The notes under the pieces: generated by a model
What the model saw: only the letters and a program-made list of their open reading frames with translations
What the model was told of the DNA's origin: nothing
Database searches by the model: none
In this document: positions 43,121-54,319 of the stretch, in pieces
Layout: each line of letters begins with the position of its first letter
Numbering within the stretch: position 1 is the first letter of the stretch
Program-made: the position numbers and the translations under genes
From: Methanobrevibacter sp.
GTDB taxonomy: Archaea > Methanobacteriota > Methanobacteria > Methanobacteriales > Methanobacteriaceae
Direction: 5' to 3'
Length of the DNA: 64,000 nucleotides
Assembly: GCA_024689425.1 (NCBI GenBank)
Contig: JAILDN010000004.1
Location: 12,464-76,463 of the forward strand

Positions 43121-43140
43121 TAGAGATTGAATAATCTCTA
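43121..43140 (-). terminator. Hairpin TAGAGATT-N4-AATCTCTA with T-run, downstream of hdrA
   Basis: 8-bp inverted repeat next to the hdrA stop. Confidence 0.55.
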
Positions 43141-43143
43141 AAT

Positions 43144-45129
43144 CTATTTTCCTAAGTCTTCAAGAGCAGCACTGATTTGTGCCATAATTTGATCGGTTTT
43201 GAAGTGTTGTTGATCCATAGCTCCAGATGGACATGCACCTACACAGGTACCACATCCTTTACATAATGCAGTGTTAATTTCTGCGTGGTTGCTTCCGGAA
43301 TCAGCAACAATAGAAATAGCACCGAATGGACATAATTCAACACAAACTTCACAAGCACCACAAATACCTTCATCAGTACGTGCAACGATAGGTTCGATTT
43401 CTACTTGACCTTTAGCCATTGGGATAGCTGCTCTGGATGCTGCAGCTGAACCTTGAGCTACTGAGTCAGGAATATCTTTAGGACCTTGAGCTACACCAGC
43501 AATGTAAACACCGTCAGTTAAGGTGTCAACAGGTCTGAGTTTAGGGTGAGCTTCCATGTAGAATCCGTCTGCAGATTTGGAAACACCTAAAGTTTGTCTG
43601 AGTTCGTCAGATCCTGCAGAGTGTTCGAGACCAACACTTAATACAACTAAGTCGTAAGTGTATTCAGTTACTTTACCGAGTAAAGTATCTTCTGCTCTGA
43701 TAGTTAAGGTTAAATCATCATTTTCGAAGATTTGTGCAGGTCTACCTCTAATAAATTCAATTCCGTATTTTTCTTGAGAGGTTTTGTAGAACTCTTCGTA
43801 TCCTTTACCGAATGAACGAATATCCATGTAGTAACAAGTTACTTCAGTGTCAGGTTCGTGGTCAATACATAATTGAGCGTTTTTCATGGAGTACATACAA
43901 CATACTCTGGAACAGTAAGGTTTACCGATTTGCTCATCTCTTGAACCGACACAGTGGATAAATGCAACACGTTTAGGTTCAATACCATCAGATGGTTTTA
44001 TTACGTGTCCACCAGTAGGACCGGATGCGTTAATCATTCTTTCAATTTCCATTGCAGTAATTACGTTTGAGTAACGGCCGTATCCGTATTGGTAAATTCC
44101 TGATGGATCGAAAGGATCGTATCCGATAGCTGCAATAATAGTACCAACTTCTAATTCAATAGTGGTTGCTTGTTGATTGTGATCAATAGCATCCGGACCA
44201 CATGCTTGTACACATAAGTTACATTCGATACAGTAGTCTTTATCGATAGTTGCACATAATGGTACAGCTTGAGGGAACGGAATGTATGCAGCTTTTACCA
44301 TACCTACACCTTCGTCGTAGTAGTTAGGTATTTCGATAGGACAAGCTTCTTGACAAGCTCCACAACCAGTACATTTATCTTCATCAACATATCTTGGTTT
44401 TTTCTCAACAGTTACTTTGAAGTTTCCGATGTATCCGTCTACTTCTGTTACTTCTGCATAAGAAATTAATTCGATGTTTTCATGTTTAAATGCGTCTACC
44501 ATTTTTGGTGCTAAAATACACATGGAACAGTCGAGAGTAGGGAATGTTTTATCTAATTGTCCCATTCTTCCACCAATGGTAGGGTTTCTTTCTACCATGT
44601 AAGTTTTGAATCCCATGTCACCTAAATCTAAAGCAGTTTGAATACCAGCTACTCCACCACCAATAACTAATGCTTTTTTATCTACTGCTACTTTGGTAGC
44701 TTCTAATGGTTCGAGTAATCTTGCTTTAGCAACTGCCATACGAGTTAAATCTTTAGCTTTTGCAGTAGCTTCTTCAGGTAAATCCATGTGTACCCAAGAG
44801 TCTTGTTCCCTTAAGTTTGCAAATTCAAATAAAAATTTGTTTAATCCAGCTTCTTCAACACATCTACGGAAAGTAGGTTCGTGAAGACGAGGAGAACAAG
44901 CAGCAACTACAATACGGTTTAAGTTTTTCTCTTTGATGTCTTCTTGAATCAATGCTTGACCTGGGTCTGAACACATGTATTTGTAATCAGTTGCGTGAAC
45001 AACACCAGGCAAAGTCTTAGCGTATTCAGCTACTTCAGGACAGTCAACGACACCACCGATGTTAACACCACAGTGACAGACGTAAACACCTATCCTTAAT
45101 TCTTCATTATTATTTATTTCTTCTGCCAT
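43144..45129 (-). CDS. hdrA: CoB-CoM heterodisulfide reductase subunit A
   Basis: [45 protein letters not shown]; several ferredoxin motifs. Confidence 0.97.
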   Translation of the reverse strand: MAEEINNNEELRIGVYVCHCGVNIGGVVDCPEVAEYAKTLPGVVHATDYKYMCSDPGQALIQEDIKEKNLNRIVVAACSPRLHEPTFRRCVEEAGLNKFLFEFANLREQDSWVHMDLPEEATAKAKDLTRMAVAKARLLEPLEATKVAVDKKALVIGGGVAGIQTALDLGDMGFKTYMVERNPTIGGRMGQLDKTFPTLDCSMCILAPKMVDAFKHENIELISYAEVTEVDGYIGNFKVTVEKKPRYVDEDKCTGCGACQEACPIEIPNYYDEGVGMVKAAYIPFPQAVPLCATIDKDYCIECNLCVQACGPDAIDHNQQATTIELEVGTIIAAIGYDPFDPSGIYQYGYGRYSNVITAMEIERMINASGPTGGHVIKPSDGIEPKRVAFIHCVGSRDEQIGKPYCSRVCCMYSMKNAQLCIDHEPDTEVTCYYMDIRSFGKGYEEFYKTSQEKYGIEFIRGRPAQIFENDDLTLTIRAEDTLLGKVTEYTYDLVVLSVGLEHSAGSDELRQTLGVSKSADGFYMEAHPKLRPVDTLTDGVYIAGVAQGPKDIPDSVAQGSAAASRAAIPMAKGQVEIEPIVARTDEGICGACEVCVELCPFGAISIVADSGSNHAEINTALCKGCGTCVGACPSGAMDQQHFKTDQIMAQISAALEDLGK

Positions 45130-45383
45130 AATTTTCACCTTGTACAAGTGTGCGAAATTATCTAACATAGAGTTAGATATTAAATATGTAGTTGGAACAC
45201 ACTAATAAAGGTTTCTGAAAAAATATTGGAGTAAAGTATATATATGATGAGTTAAAATTTTCCTAAAAAAGACTTTAATTATAAAATAACGGATTATTGA
45301 TAGTTTTTTTGAAAAATAAAAAATCTAAACAATAATTTTTAGGAAAGCGAAAATTTAATATAATATTTTTTAGGGATTTTTGG

Positions 45384-46289
45384 CTATAATAACATGATTA
45401 AAATCGGCAGGCTCAAAAGAGAAACAACTGTATCAATTAAAATGCAATCTGAGGTAAGTTCAAAATCCAATTTATAGCTTATAGCAAGTACCAAAGATAA
45501 CAATCCTGAAGGCATAGCAGCTTCAATGATTGAAATCTTAAATTGCAAGTCCACAAGCCCAACAATCGATGCGAAAATAAAAGCAATGATAGGGTATAAA
45601 ATCAGTTTCATTGCACTTGTAAAAATTATCATGTTTCTACTTCTAGTAAGACCACTTAAATCAATTGAAACACCCAAAGACAACATTATCAAAGGAATAG
45701 AACCATCCCCTAGATAATTGACTGTATTTTCTAAAACAGGCCCTATTGGAATATTTAAAAAATTTAACATAATGCCTAAAATAACCGCCCACAGAGATGG
45801 AAAAAGAGCTATTTTTTTAATAGCAGATTTGGTGGATCCACCAAATTTCAAAGACAAGACAAAAGACAAAATTAAAAATATGATTAAAGTAGCAATGTCA
45901 CAAAATATTGCCCTTAATAGACCTTCTTGGCCAAAAATACCTAAATTAATAGGATAACCCATAAATGCAGTATTTGCAATCATTACAGCAACGACAATAC
46001 TCCACAATCTCTTTTCTGGAATGTTAAATTTCTTTAAAATAAGATAAGAAATTGCTCCTGTAATAAAGGATGAAGCCAGAATTATAAATGGAAGAATGCC
46101 TAAAGTTGAAAGTAATGATAAATCAGCAGAATATAGGGCTGAAAAAACCATACAAGGCATTAAAATATAAATAACAATATTGTTTAAAGATTCAACATCT
46201 TTAAGGCCTAAAAAATCTATCCTTCTAAGAAAAACCCCTAAAACAATCATTAATACAATTGATAAAATTGTAATTTCTATGGCATTCAT
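45384..46289 (-). CDS. AEC (auxin efflux carrier) family transporter
   Basis: ANTAFMGYP, IPLIMLSLG, EAAMP motifs; about 10 TM segments. Confidence 0.85.
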   Translation of the reverse strand: MNAIEITILSIVLMIVLGVFLRRIDFLGLKDVESLNNIVIYILMPCMVFSALYSADLSLLSTLGILPFIILASSFITGAISYLILKKFNIPEKRLWSIVVAVMIANTAFMGYPINLGIFGQEGLLRAIFCDIATLIIFLILSFVLSLKFGGSTKSAIKKIALFPSLWAVILGIMLNFLNIPIGPVLENTVNYLGDGSIPLIMLSLGVSIDLSGLTRSRNMIIFTSAMKLILYPIIAFIFASIVGLVDLQFKISIIEAAMPSGLLSLVLAISYKLDFELTSDCILIDTVVSLLSLPILIMLL

Positions 46290-46341
46290 TAAAAAAAAGT
46301 AGTTATTAATATTATTTAAAATTTGAGATTAAAAGAAAGAA

Positions 46342-46364
46342 AATCGTGAAAATAATTCACGATT
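46342..46364 (-). terminator. Hairpin AATCGTGAA-N5-TTCACGATT overlapping the radA stop
   Basis: 9-bp inverted repeat followed by a T-rich tract on the minus strand. Confidence 0.6.
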
Positions 46365-47298
46365 AATCAACAATACCATCATTAGTAATTTTGAAAACGC
46401 ATTCACCTTCAGGCAAATGAGGGCTGTCTACCAAACGAGCAATTCTTTTTCCAGCAAGTCCTTTTTTAAGCCAAATTCTGTAAGTGGATGCGTGTCCTAA
46501 AACGTGACCACCAATAGCTTTAGTTGGACTTCCAAAGAAGGAATCTGGTTTAGCTTGAACTTGGTTTGTAATAAATACCGCTACATTGTAAGTATTAGCA
46601 ATTTGTTGAAGTGAATGTAAGTGTTGATTTAATTTTTGTTGTCTAACAGCCAATGATTCTCTTCCAACATATTCTGCTCTGAAATGAGCCATTAATGAAT
46701 CTACGATAACTAATTTAACATTAGTTCCAGATTGAATAAGTTCGTTAATTTTATCAACCATTAGAATTTGATGAGATGAGTTAAAAGCACGAGCAACATG
46801 AATTTTTTGTAAAACTTCTTGAACATCTAATTCAAAACCGTTGGCAATTTGTTCAACTCTTTCAGGACGGAAAGTATTTTCAGTATCAATGAAAACACAT
46901 TCACCACCAAGTCCACCTTGTTCTACAGGTAATTGAACAGTTACTGCTAATTCATGAGAAATTTGACTTTTTCCAGATCCAAACTCCCCAAATACTTCAG
47001 TGATTGCTTGAGTTTCAATACCTCCAGCGATTAAATCATTGAAACCTTTACTTCCAACAGAAATGTGGCCAACTTCTTTTCTTCTTTCCAAAACATCAAA
47101 TGCTGTTTCAAAATCAATATTTTCAGCTTTACGTGCAGCTTCAATAACTTTTTCAGCAACACCTTCACCGATTTCTGCTTTAACTGATAATTCTTTAGGA
47201 GTAGCAGTGGCTAATCTCATCATATCAGCAAATCCTGCATCTCTTAATTTTTCTGCTGTTTTTTCACCAACACTAGGTAAATCTTCTAATTCTACCAT
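46363..47298 (-). CDS. radA: DNA repair and recombination protein RadA
   Basis: [44 protein letters not shown]; no intein. Confidence 0.97.
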   Translation of the reverse strand: MVELEDLPSVGEKTAEKLRDAGFADMMRLATATPKELSVKAEIGEGVAEKVIEAARKAENIDFETAFDVLERRKEVGHISVGSKGFNDLIAGGIETQAITEVFGEFGSGKSQISHELAVTVQLPVEQGGLGGECVFIDTENTFRPERVEQIANGFELDVQEVLQKIHVARAFNSSHQILMVDKINELIQSGTNVKLVIVDSLMAHFRAEYVGRESLAVRQQKLNQHLHSLQQIANTYNVAVFITNQVQAKPDSFFGSPTKAIGGHVLGHASTYRIWLKKGLAGKRIARLVDSPHLPEGECVFKITNDGIVD

Positions 47299-47319
47299 AA
47301 TAATCCATCCTTATTTAAT

Positions 47320-49935
47320 TTAATAATATTTATTTAAAATTTTCCTTGGGTTAAGTCTAATTCTATCGTTATACTCATCATAACTAACATTAGCAATTAC
47401 TTCAACATTTAAACCTTCCAAATCTTCGATTTTACCATCCAAAATACCTGGATCTTCAGAAACTAATTCAACAATTTCATCTTTAGGCATTTCTAGAAGT
47501 TCTTCAACTAAATTATCAAAGAAAGTAAGTCCAATCTCGCCAGTGTCATCCACTAATGTAGTTGGAATCATGATTGTGACATTTGGATCTTCGATTTCTT
47601 CACCACAATAATCACAAATGACTGAATCTTCAAAAGAGTCATTACTAATTGTATTATTACAGTTTGGACATTTTCTAAGAAGTAAATGATCACTGACTAC
47701 ATCAGTTAATTGACCTGTAACACGAACATTAACATCATTATCCTCAATAGCTTCGATTTCTTTAGGAGCATAAATAGCTTCTCTAAGCTCTTCATAAGAA
47801 GGTAATTTCATTAATTCATCTTCACTTGGTTTTACAATAGCTGATGAACCTGATATATTCAATGTTAATTGGTCATTATAGATATCGACTCTAGGATTTT
47901 GAATCTTGATTGGTTCGCCAAGTTCAAATTCTCTTTTTGCATTGTCTCCCCATAATGATACTCTAATAGCTTGTGAATTATCGGCAATTTCAATATTTCT
48001 CAATGAATATTTACTACCATCATCTCTTTCTAATTCACGTACATCAAACACTTCAAAGACTCTTCCGACAACATAAATATTTTCTTCAAATTCCTCTACT
48101 TCAGAAATTTCACGATATTCATAAATCATTTTTTCTAATGATTCGAATGAAGGAAGGAATTTGGCATCTTCTTCAGATAATTTAATTATTCTTGATGATG
48201 AACCAATATTTAAATTAATATTTTCCATTCCAAATCTTACTCTTGCATTTTCTATTAAATAAGCTTCTGAGACTTGGAGAGGAATTTCAGATTTATCATC
48301 CCATAAAGATAATTGAACAATTCCACTACCATCGGAGAATAATGCGGAACGTACATGACCTGTACTTCCATCAGAAGGTCTTTCAAAAGTCCTAACATCT
48401 CCTACAGACATTATTCTTCCCATGACATCAGCATCAAAATTATCTTCTTCAGCTAAGGTCACTTGTTCAAGTGTAATTGGCTGTAATGTTTGCTTAATTG
48501 ATTCAAAAATTTCTAAATCATCATCAGACAAGTTTTTAGGATTAATTGTTATTTGAGTGGAGAAATTAGTATTGATAGAATGGCCTTCTTCAACATATTC
48601 ATCATAAATAACATTTCCACCAATTAATTTAACGATATCCCCTTTGTTAATATCTAAACCGGCAGCGTCACCCCATAAAGTAACTCTGATTGAATTGGTA
48701 TCGTCGGTTAAATGGAAGTTTCTCAATTGACCTTCACTTTGGTCTGATTTTCTGACGAATTTTTTAATATCTTGAATTTTGGTTACAACACCCATTATTG
48801 CCACATCGGTGTCACCATCATCCAAATCATCGATTTTTGAAAACTCATGCACAAATTCAGGAACATCGTAATCTCCTTTAATAATCCTTCCATCCCAATG
48901 GCTAAGAGATTTTTCGTCATTTCTTTCTCTAACTTGGGCTTGAAGGATTTTTACTGTGTCACCATCGTTTAAATCAAGAGATTCTATTAAATCAACATTC
49001 TTATTCCATAATGTGTAAGAAATAGTGCCTGATTCATCTTGAAGTTCAAGAGATGCTACTTGACCCTCTTTACCATTTTTATTATAAGATCTAATTGGAG
49101 GAATTTTAATGATTCTTGCAATCACATTTACTTTGGTATCTGGTTGAACATCTTTAATTTGAGTAATTTCTTCAATATATTCTGGATATTTACTAGGGTC
49201 AGCATCTGTAACTTTTTTAAATACAGATCTAGGCCTCATTGTTGCTTCAAGTCCTGAAAATCCATCTTTAATGTCAACACCTTCAACTCTTACAATATCT
49301 CCTTCTGAAATATTTTTTAGGTGTTTAATATTTTCAGTCCATAATACAACACGGATTTTTCCGGTGTTATCCTCAACATCCACATTACAGACTTTTCCTG
49401 TTTTATTTTTGCGTGTTGTAAAAGACCTTGGATTGCTTATTGACATTACTCTACCAGTGAAAGATTGGTCATTATCTCCATTTTCAAGTAAACCAATATT
49501 ATTTTTTGCTGAATATTCTTCTCTTTCAGTTAAAGATTCATTTTCTTGAGTAATGCCTAATTCACCAATGATTTGATCAACAATACTTTCCTCATTAATG
49601 AATGGATTATCTTTCTGTTGAATTTTAATTTCATTAATTCTTGAAAGGAAATCCTCTTGAGAAATATAATCTTTCACTTTTTCATATTTTTCTAAAAGTA
49701 AATCACTCATGACAATTTCGTCATCATTTAATTCTTCTTGCTCTTCTCTTGAGAGATCATGTGATAGCATATCGTCAACAACTAAATAACTATCAACAAC
49801 TTTTGCTGCGATATCTACTTCATCATAATCTGAATCAACATAATCTGGACGAATTTCATCCATTTTAGATAAAAATTCTTCTTCAGAGAGTTTATCTTTA
49901 ACTTTTTCGTATTGTTCTAAAATTTCTTTTTCCAT
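47320..49935 (-). CDS. rpa: Replication protein A (multi-OB-fold ssDNA-binding protein, C-terminal zinc finger)
   Basis: About five repeats of the D.SG.I..TLW OB motif; CPNC..CDYC; upstream of radA. Confidence 0.9.
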   Translation of the reverse strand: MEKEILEQYEKVKDKLSEEEFLSKMDEIRPDYVDSDYDEVDIAAKVVDSYLVVDDMLSHDLSREEQEELNDDEIVMSDLLLEKYEKVKDYISQEDFLSRINEIKIQQKDNPFINEESIVDQIIGELGITQENESLTEREEYSAKNNIGLLENGDNDQSFTGRVMSISNPRSFTTRKNKTGKVCNVDVEDNTGKIRVVLWTENIKHLKNISEGDIVRVEGVDIKDGFSGLEATMRPRSVFKKVTDADPSKYPEYIEEITQIKDVQPDTKVNVIARIIKIPPIRSYNKNGKEGQVASLELQDESGTISYTLWNKNVDLIESLDLNDGDTVKILQAQVRERNDEKSLSHWDGRIIKGDYDVPEFVHEFSKIDDLDDGDTDVAIMGVVTKIQDIKKFVRKSDQSEGQLRNFHLTDDTNSIRVTLWGDAAGLDINKGDIVKLIGGNVIYDEYVEEGHSINTNFSTQITINPKNLSDDDLEIFESIKQTLQPITLEQVTLAEEDNFDADVMGRIMSVGDVRTFERPSDGSTGHVRSALFSDGSGIVQLSLWDDKSEIPLQVSEAYLIENARVRFGMENINLNIGSSSRIIKLSEEDAKFLPSFESLEKMIYEYREISEVEEFEENIYVVGRVFEVFDVRELERDDGSKYSLRNIEIADNSQAIRVSLWGDNAKREFELGEPIKIQNPRVDIYNDQLTLNISGSSAIVKPSEDELMKLPSYEELREAIYAPKEIEAIEDNDVNVRVTGQLTDVVSDHLLLRKCPNCNNTISNDSFEDSVICDYCGEEIEDPNVTIMIPTTLVDDTGEIGLTFFDNLVEELLEMPKDEIVELVSEDPGILDGKIEDLEGLNVEVIANVSYDEYNDRIRLNPRKILNKYY

Positions 49936-49997
49936 ACCAAACCCCTCATTAGAAAGTTAATTATTATTTTAAATTATAGCATATATAAACTCTTAGA

Positions 49998-50016
49998 AAG
50001 AGCATTTGATAAGTAA
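49998..50016 (-). promoter_or_regulatory. Dispersed 19-bp motif, copy D (19/19), upstream of rpa-radA
   Basis: Minus strand TTACTTATCAAATGCTCTT, then 8 nt, then TTTATATA. Confidence 0.6.
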
Positions 50017-50082
50017 TCGGCTAAAAAAAATATGATTAAAATCGTTTAAATTTTAAATAGATTAATAATAATATGGTGATTA

Positions 50083-51486
50083 TTAATATGCATTTGGATT
50101 TTTCTTTACAATAGTTTTTATCATTATACCTAAGTCTAAACCCATATGCCAGTTTTCTACGTACTCAATATCATATTCTATACGTTTTTTAATTGAAGTA
50201 TCTCCCCTACAACCATGAATCTGAGCCCACCCAGTTATTCCTGGCCTAACTTGATGTTTTACCATATATTTTGGTATTTCTTTTCTGAATGCTTCAACAA
50301 AATATGGTCTTTCAGGTCTAGGACCTACGACACTCATTTGGCCTTTTAACACATTGAAAAATTGGGGTAATTCATCAATACTTGTTTTCCTAATGAAATC
50401 TCCAACTTTTGTTTTTCTTGGATCATCTTTTGTAGTCCATCCGGATATTTCTTCATTAGGATTTTGAACCCTCATACTACGGAACTTATACATATAAAAC
50501 GGTTTCCCATGATGGCCTATTCTTTCTTGTTTGAAAATAATTGGACCGGGAGATGTTATTTTAATAGCAATTGCCGTAATAATCATGATTGGAGATGTTA
50601 TAATAATAGCTATAATAGAAATAACATAATCTGAAAGATATTTAATTGCCCTATTAAATGAATCATCCAATGGAACATACCTTATATTTATAATAGGGAT
50701 ATCTTCAATCATGTCTACTGACGGTTGGGCTGGGAAATATCTCATATAATCAGGAATGATTTCCGCCTTTATCCCTACCCTTTCACAACTTGCTACAACT
50801 TCATCAATTTTATAATAATATTTCAGTGGAATAGCTAAAACAACACGGTCAAAACTATTGTTTTCCAAAACTTCATCCAAATCATCAAATGATCCAATAA
50901 TTTGGCTTCCTTCAATTTCCATACCGACATGATTACTTCTTCCTAAAAATCCACTAATTTTGAAACCCAAATAAGGATTATTCCTAATTTTACGTGCAAA
51001 AGTAAATGCTAAATCATTATCCCCAACAATTAGAATATGTTTAAGATTTCTATTATTTAAGCGAAGATTTTTAAGAAAACCCCTTATAATAGACCTTTCA
51101 ATAATGCCTAAAATAGTTGCTATAACCCCTAAAAGGAAAAGCAATATCCTTGAAAAATCTGGCTGATTAATAATAAACAAAATAGAAACTAAAACAAAGA
51201 AAGCTACAATATTCACTTTAAAAATTTGAGTAGCTTCTGAAAAGATTGATTTATAGGTTCTACGTGGCTTATATAGTCCAAAAGAAAAATACAATATTAA
51301 ATAAACAGGAATAATAGCAAAAGTTAAAAATAATATATAACTCTGAATGCTTAAATGTCCTCCAATCGGTCCGAACATTGTGGTTTTAAAACGTAGCCAC
51401 CATGAACTGGCTAATGAGATGACTATCACCAACACATCCAATAAAACCATTATAAGATTTAATAATTTCTGATTTTCCCTTATCAT
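50083..51486 (-). CDS. Undecaprenyl-phosphate glucose phosphotransferase (WcaJ-like)
   Basis: N-terminal TM segments, CoA-binding-like domain, YKFRSM, SIDELPQFFNVLKGQMSVVGPRPE, RPGITGWAQ. Confidence 0.92.
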   Translation of the reverse strand: MIRENQKLLNLIMVLLDVLVIVISLASSWWLRFKTTMFGPIGGHLSIQSYILFLTFAIIPVYLILYFSFGLYKPRRTYKSIFSEATQIFKVNIVAFFVLVSILFIINQPDFSRILLFLLGVIATILGIIERSIIRGFLKNLRLNNRNLKHILIVGDNDLAFTFARKIRNNPYLGFKISGFLGRSNHVGMEIEGSQIIGSFDDLDEVLENNSFDRVVLAIPLKYYYKIDEVVASCERVGIKAEIIPDYMRYFPAQPSVDMIEDIPIINIRYVPLDDSFNRAIKYLSDYVISIIAIIITSPIMIITAIAIKITSPGPIIFKQERIGHHGKPFYMYKFRSMRVQNPNEEISGWTTKDDPRKTKVGDFIRKTSIDELPQFFNVLKGQMSVVGPRPERPYFVEAFRKEIPKYMVKHQVRPGITGWAQIHGCRGDTSIKKRIEYDIEYVENWHMGLDLGIMIKTIVKKNPNAY

Positions 51487-51536
51487 ACATTAACCACAAA
51501 AATTAGTTATTATGAAATATAGATTTCATTTAATAT

Positions 51537-52394
51537 TTAATTTTTCTTTTTAAAAATATTTAAAAAAAGCTTTAAAACACATAGTAAAGCAATTCCAAAG
51601 TAAACAACAATGTTAATTAAAATATTAGACTCTTTTGCATGATGTTTCTTATAGTAAATATACATGGCATGGTAAAATTCATAAATAAGCTTTGGTCTTT
51701 GTTTTTTACTACTTGAACCTTTAAAATGTGTTATTTTTTCTTTTCCATAATAAATTATAGTCCAACCGGCTTGTTTAATCCTATAACACAAATCTATATC
51801 TTCACCGTACATGAAAAATGTCTCATCAAGTAAACCTACTTCGTCTAAAACCTTTTTTCGAGTAAAGATAAATGCGCCAGTCAAACAATCTATCTCATAA
51901 GTGCCATTATCGTCCAAATTATCTAAATTATAATTATCATCACTGCTTTTAGTAGGAATATGAAACAGTCTGAAAAATGAGTTCTTAACATTAGGAAAAC
52001 TCCTTTTACATGCCTTATCTAAGGAATTATCTTCTAAAAGCACTTGACATCCACATGCCCCAACATCAGGATTGTCTTCCATGAAATTATAAATATTTTC
52101 CAATGTATGTTGCCAGACAATAGTATCTGAGTTTAAAAGCAATACATACTTTGAATTTAACTGCCTTAAAGCAAGATTGTTACCTGCTGCAAAACCTTTA
52201 TTTTCACTTGAAGCGATGAACTTAACTTTATCATTGAAATATTCTTTCAATTTTGATAAACTGTCATCTGGAGAATTATTATCCGCAACAATTATTTCAA
52301 CTGTAAAAGGATAAGAGTAATCCAAAATAGAATTAACCGCATTCTTTGTTAATTCAAACGTTCCGTAATTTACTATAACGACAGATAAATCCAT
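51537..52394 (-). CDS. GT2 glycosyltransferase (rhamnosyltransferase-like)
   Basis: SVVIVNY, N.GFAAGNN, LLLNSD, FMYGEDIDLC. Confidence 0.9.
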   Translation of the reverse strand: MDLSVVIVNYGTFELTKNAVNSILDYSYPFTVEIIVADNNSPDDSLSKLKEYFNDKVKFIASSENKGFAAGNNLALRQLNSKYVLLLNSDTIVWQHTLENIYNFMEDNPDVGACGCQVLLEDNSLDKACKRSFPNVKNSFFRLFHIPTKSSDDNYNLDNLDDNGTYEIDCLTGAFIFTRKKVLDEVGLLDETFFMYGEDIDLCYRIKQAGWTIIYYGKEKITHFKGSSSKKQRPKLIYEFYHAMYIYYKKHHAKESNILINIVVYFGIALLCVLKLFLNIFKKKN

Positions 52395-52400
52395 ATTAAT

Positions 52401-53357
52401 TCACTTTTTTAAAAATTTTAATGTGTTTATAATTAATTTATATTCCAGTTTAAAATAATTTTTTAAATTAGACTTTTTAAAATTGACTTTTTTAAGTTTA
52501 GACCTTGTCTTTAAACCTTCTTTAATCCCTTCAAGATATATTGAGCCAAATCCTTTTCTTAAAAAGAAAATATATTTAATTAAAAATCCAAATAATAAAA
52601 ATATAAAATTTATAACCTTTAATGGAATTGGAATATTCTTATAAACTGTCCATACATTGTTTCTGGCTGCAATTTTTACCTTAAACTCATTATATCTGCT
52701 ACCGCTAGTTGCACTGCCGATGTGGTAAACAATAGCTTCAGGACAAAGTAAGTTTTTATATCCATTAATTTGACTTCTAATAGCTAAATCAACATCTTCC
52801 ATATATGCAAAATAATTGTCATCAAATAAACCTATCTTTTCAAGCAATGATTTTTTATATAATGCTGCACCAGCACAACTTGAAAATATTTCACGAACTT
52901 CCTGATAACTCTTAGAATCCTGATTTTCCCCTACTTTCTTTGTCCATGCAAGTAGATTATATTCATCACCCGCATCATCAATCAGATTTTTATTATTAGC
53001 CTGAAGCATCATGGCTTGAACAGAAAATACATCATCATCTTGGATTAAATCCACCATTGGCTTAATTGAACCTTTTTTAATTTCAGTGTCATTATTTAAA
53101 GAGAATATATACTCATATTTGGCCTTTAAAATCCCCTGATTAACGGCAGGAGCAAATCCTCTATTCTCATTATTCTTTATTACAACAACTGGGAAATCAA
53201 ATGAATTATTTTGAATATAATCCAAACTGGAATCACCAGATCCATTATCAACTATTATGACTTCTCCAATATATTCACTATCTTGGTTAAGTGATTCAAA
53301 ATAATTTTTAAGGAATTCACTTCCATTATAATTTGGTGTAACAACAGAAACTTTCAT
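52401..53357 (-). CDS. GT2 glycosyltransferase
   Basis: VDNGSGD, NRGFAPAVN, LNND, YMEDVDL. Confidence 0.9.
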   Translation of the reverse strand: MKVSVVTPNYNGSEFLKNYFESLNQDSEYIGEVIIVDNGSGDSSLDYIQNNSFDFPVVVIKNNENRGFAPAVNQGILKAKYEYIFSLNNDTEIKKGSIKPMVDLIQDDDVFSVQAMMLQANNKNLIDDAGDEYNLLAWTKKVGENQDSKSYQEVREIFSSCAGAALYKKSLLEKIGLFDDNYFAYMEDVDLAIRSQINGYKNLLCPEAIVYHIGSATSGSRYNEFKVKIAARNNVWTVYKNIPIPLKVINFIFLLFGFLIKYIFFLRKGFGSIYLEGIKEGLKTRSKLKKVNFKKSNLKNYFKLEYKLIINTLKFLKK

Positions 53358-53362
53358 GATAT

Positions 53363-54319
53363 CTAAATTGAATTTTTAAATGTTTTCCACATTTTATAAT
53401 ATAGTTTTGGGTTTAATAAAAATAACTTAATTTTTAAGCTAAATTTTCTATCCCCCTGGAATTTAGACAGTTTATTAAACAAATCTAATTCTTTCATTTT
53501 AGCTATCACTTCATCAAAACTATAGTCATTGTAGAAAAAATAATTCATATTTCCAAAGATGGCTCTTGGAATTCTAGAAGTGTAAATTAAACTAGCTAAC
53601 TCATTTAAATTTTGTTTTTTGTAGAATTCAGCCAAATCCTCTAAAACAAGGACATAATCAAAGCGCTTTAATTTTGAAGTATTTATTAAAGATGATTGAT
53701 GCTGAATATAAAAATATGTTATTTCATTGCTGATTTTAATTTTATCCCCATAACTTAATGTTCTCATCGCAAAATCGCTGTCTTCACCATAGGTTACATC
53801 TTCACGGAATTTTAAATCATTATCTTTAATAATACTAGCATTATAAGAAAGCTGTACAAAATTGAATGGTATTTTCATTTCAAGTTCAAGTTTAATGAAA
53901 TTTTCAGTTGTCATTTCTTCAGTTTCGTAAATATGGGGACTAGATGTATTTTCACCCTCTTTTTTTACAAGCTGAATTAGACTAAAATCATAACCTGGAT
54001 TATATAATTGGGATAAGTGGTCAGTTAAAATATAATCATCCGCATCGATAAATACGATGTAATCTCCACTAGATTCGTCTATTCCTCTATTTCTAGCTGA
54101 ACTCACGCCTTTATTTTCTTGATGAATTATCTTATGATTTATTTTAGAATCTGATAATTTATCATTGACTATGTTTAATGTGTTATCAGTTGATCCGTCA
54201 TCTACTACAATCAATTCAAAATCTTTGAAATTTTGATTTATTATAGAATCTAATGTAGAAGATATATATCGTTCTTCATTGTAAACTGGAACTATAACGC
54301 TGACCTTAATATTATCCAT
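53363..54319 (-). CDS. GT2 glycosyltransferase
   Basis: SVIVPVYN, VDDGSTD, GVSSARN, FIDADD, GEDSDF. Confidence 0.9.
   Translation of the reverse strand: MDNIKVSVIVPVYNEERYISSTLDSIINQNFKDFELIVVDDGSTDNTLNIVNDKLSDSKINHKIIHQENKGVSSARNRGIDESSGDYIVFIDADDYILTDHLSQLYNPGYDFSLIQLVKKEGENTSSPHIYETEEMTTENFIKLELEMKIPFNFVQLSYNASIIKDNDLKFREDVTYGEDSDFAMRTLSYGDKIKISNEITYFYIQHQSSLINTSKLKRFDYVLVLEDLAEFYKKQNLNELASLIYTSRIPRAIFGNMNYFFYNDYSFDEVIAKMKELDLFNKLSKFQGDRKFSLKIKLFLLNPKLYYKMWKTFKNSI

Noticed and set aside
43144-45129. Selenocysteine recoding in HdrA
   Set aside because: The ORF is uninterrupted and the relevant motif reads TLDCSMC with ordinary Cys codons.
766-47298. Inteins in NrdD, the helicase or RadA
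   Set aside because: Lengths are normal, and no intein splice-junction or LAGLIDADG blocks interrupt the conserved motifs.
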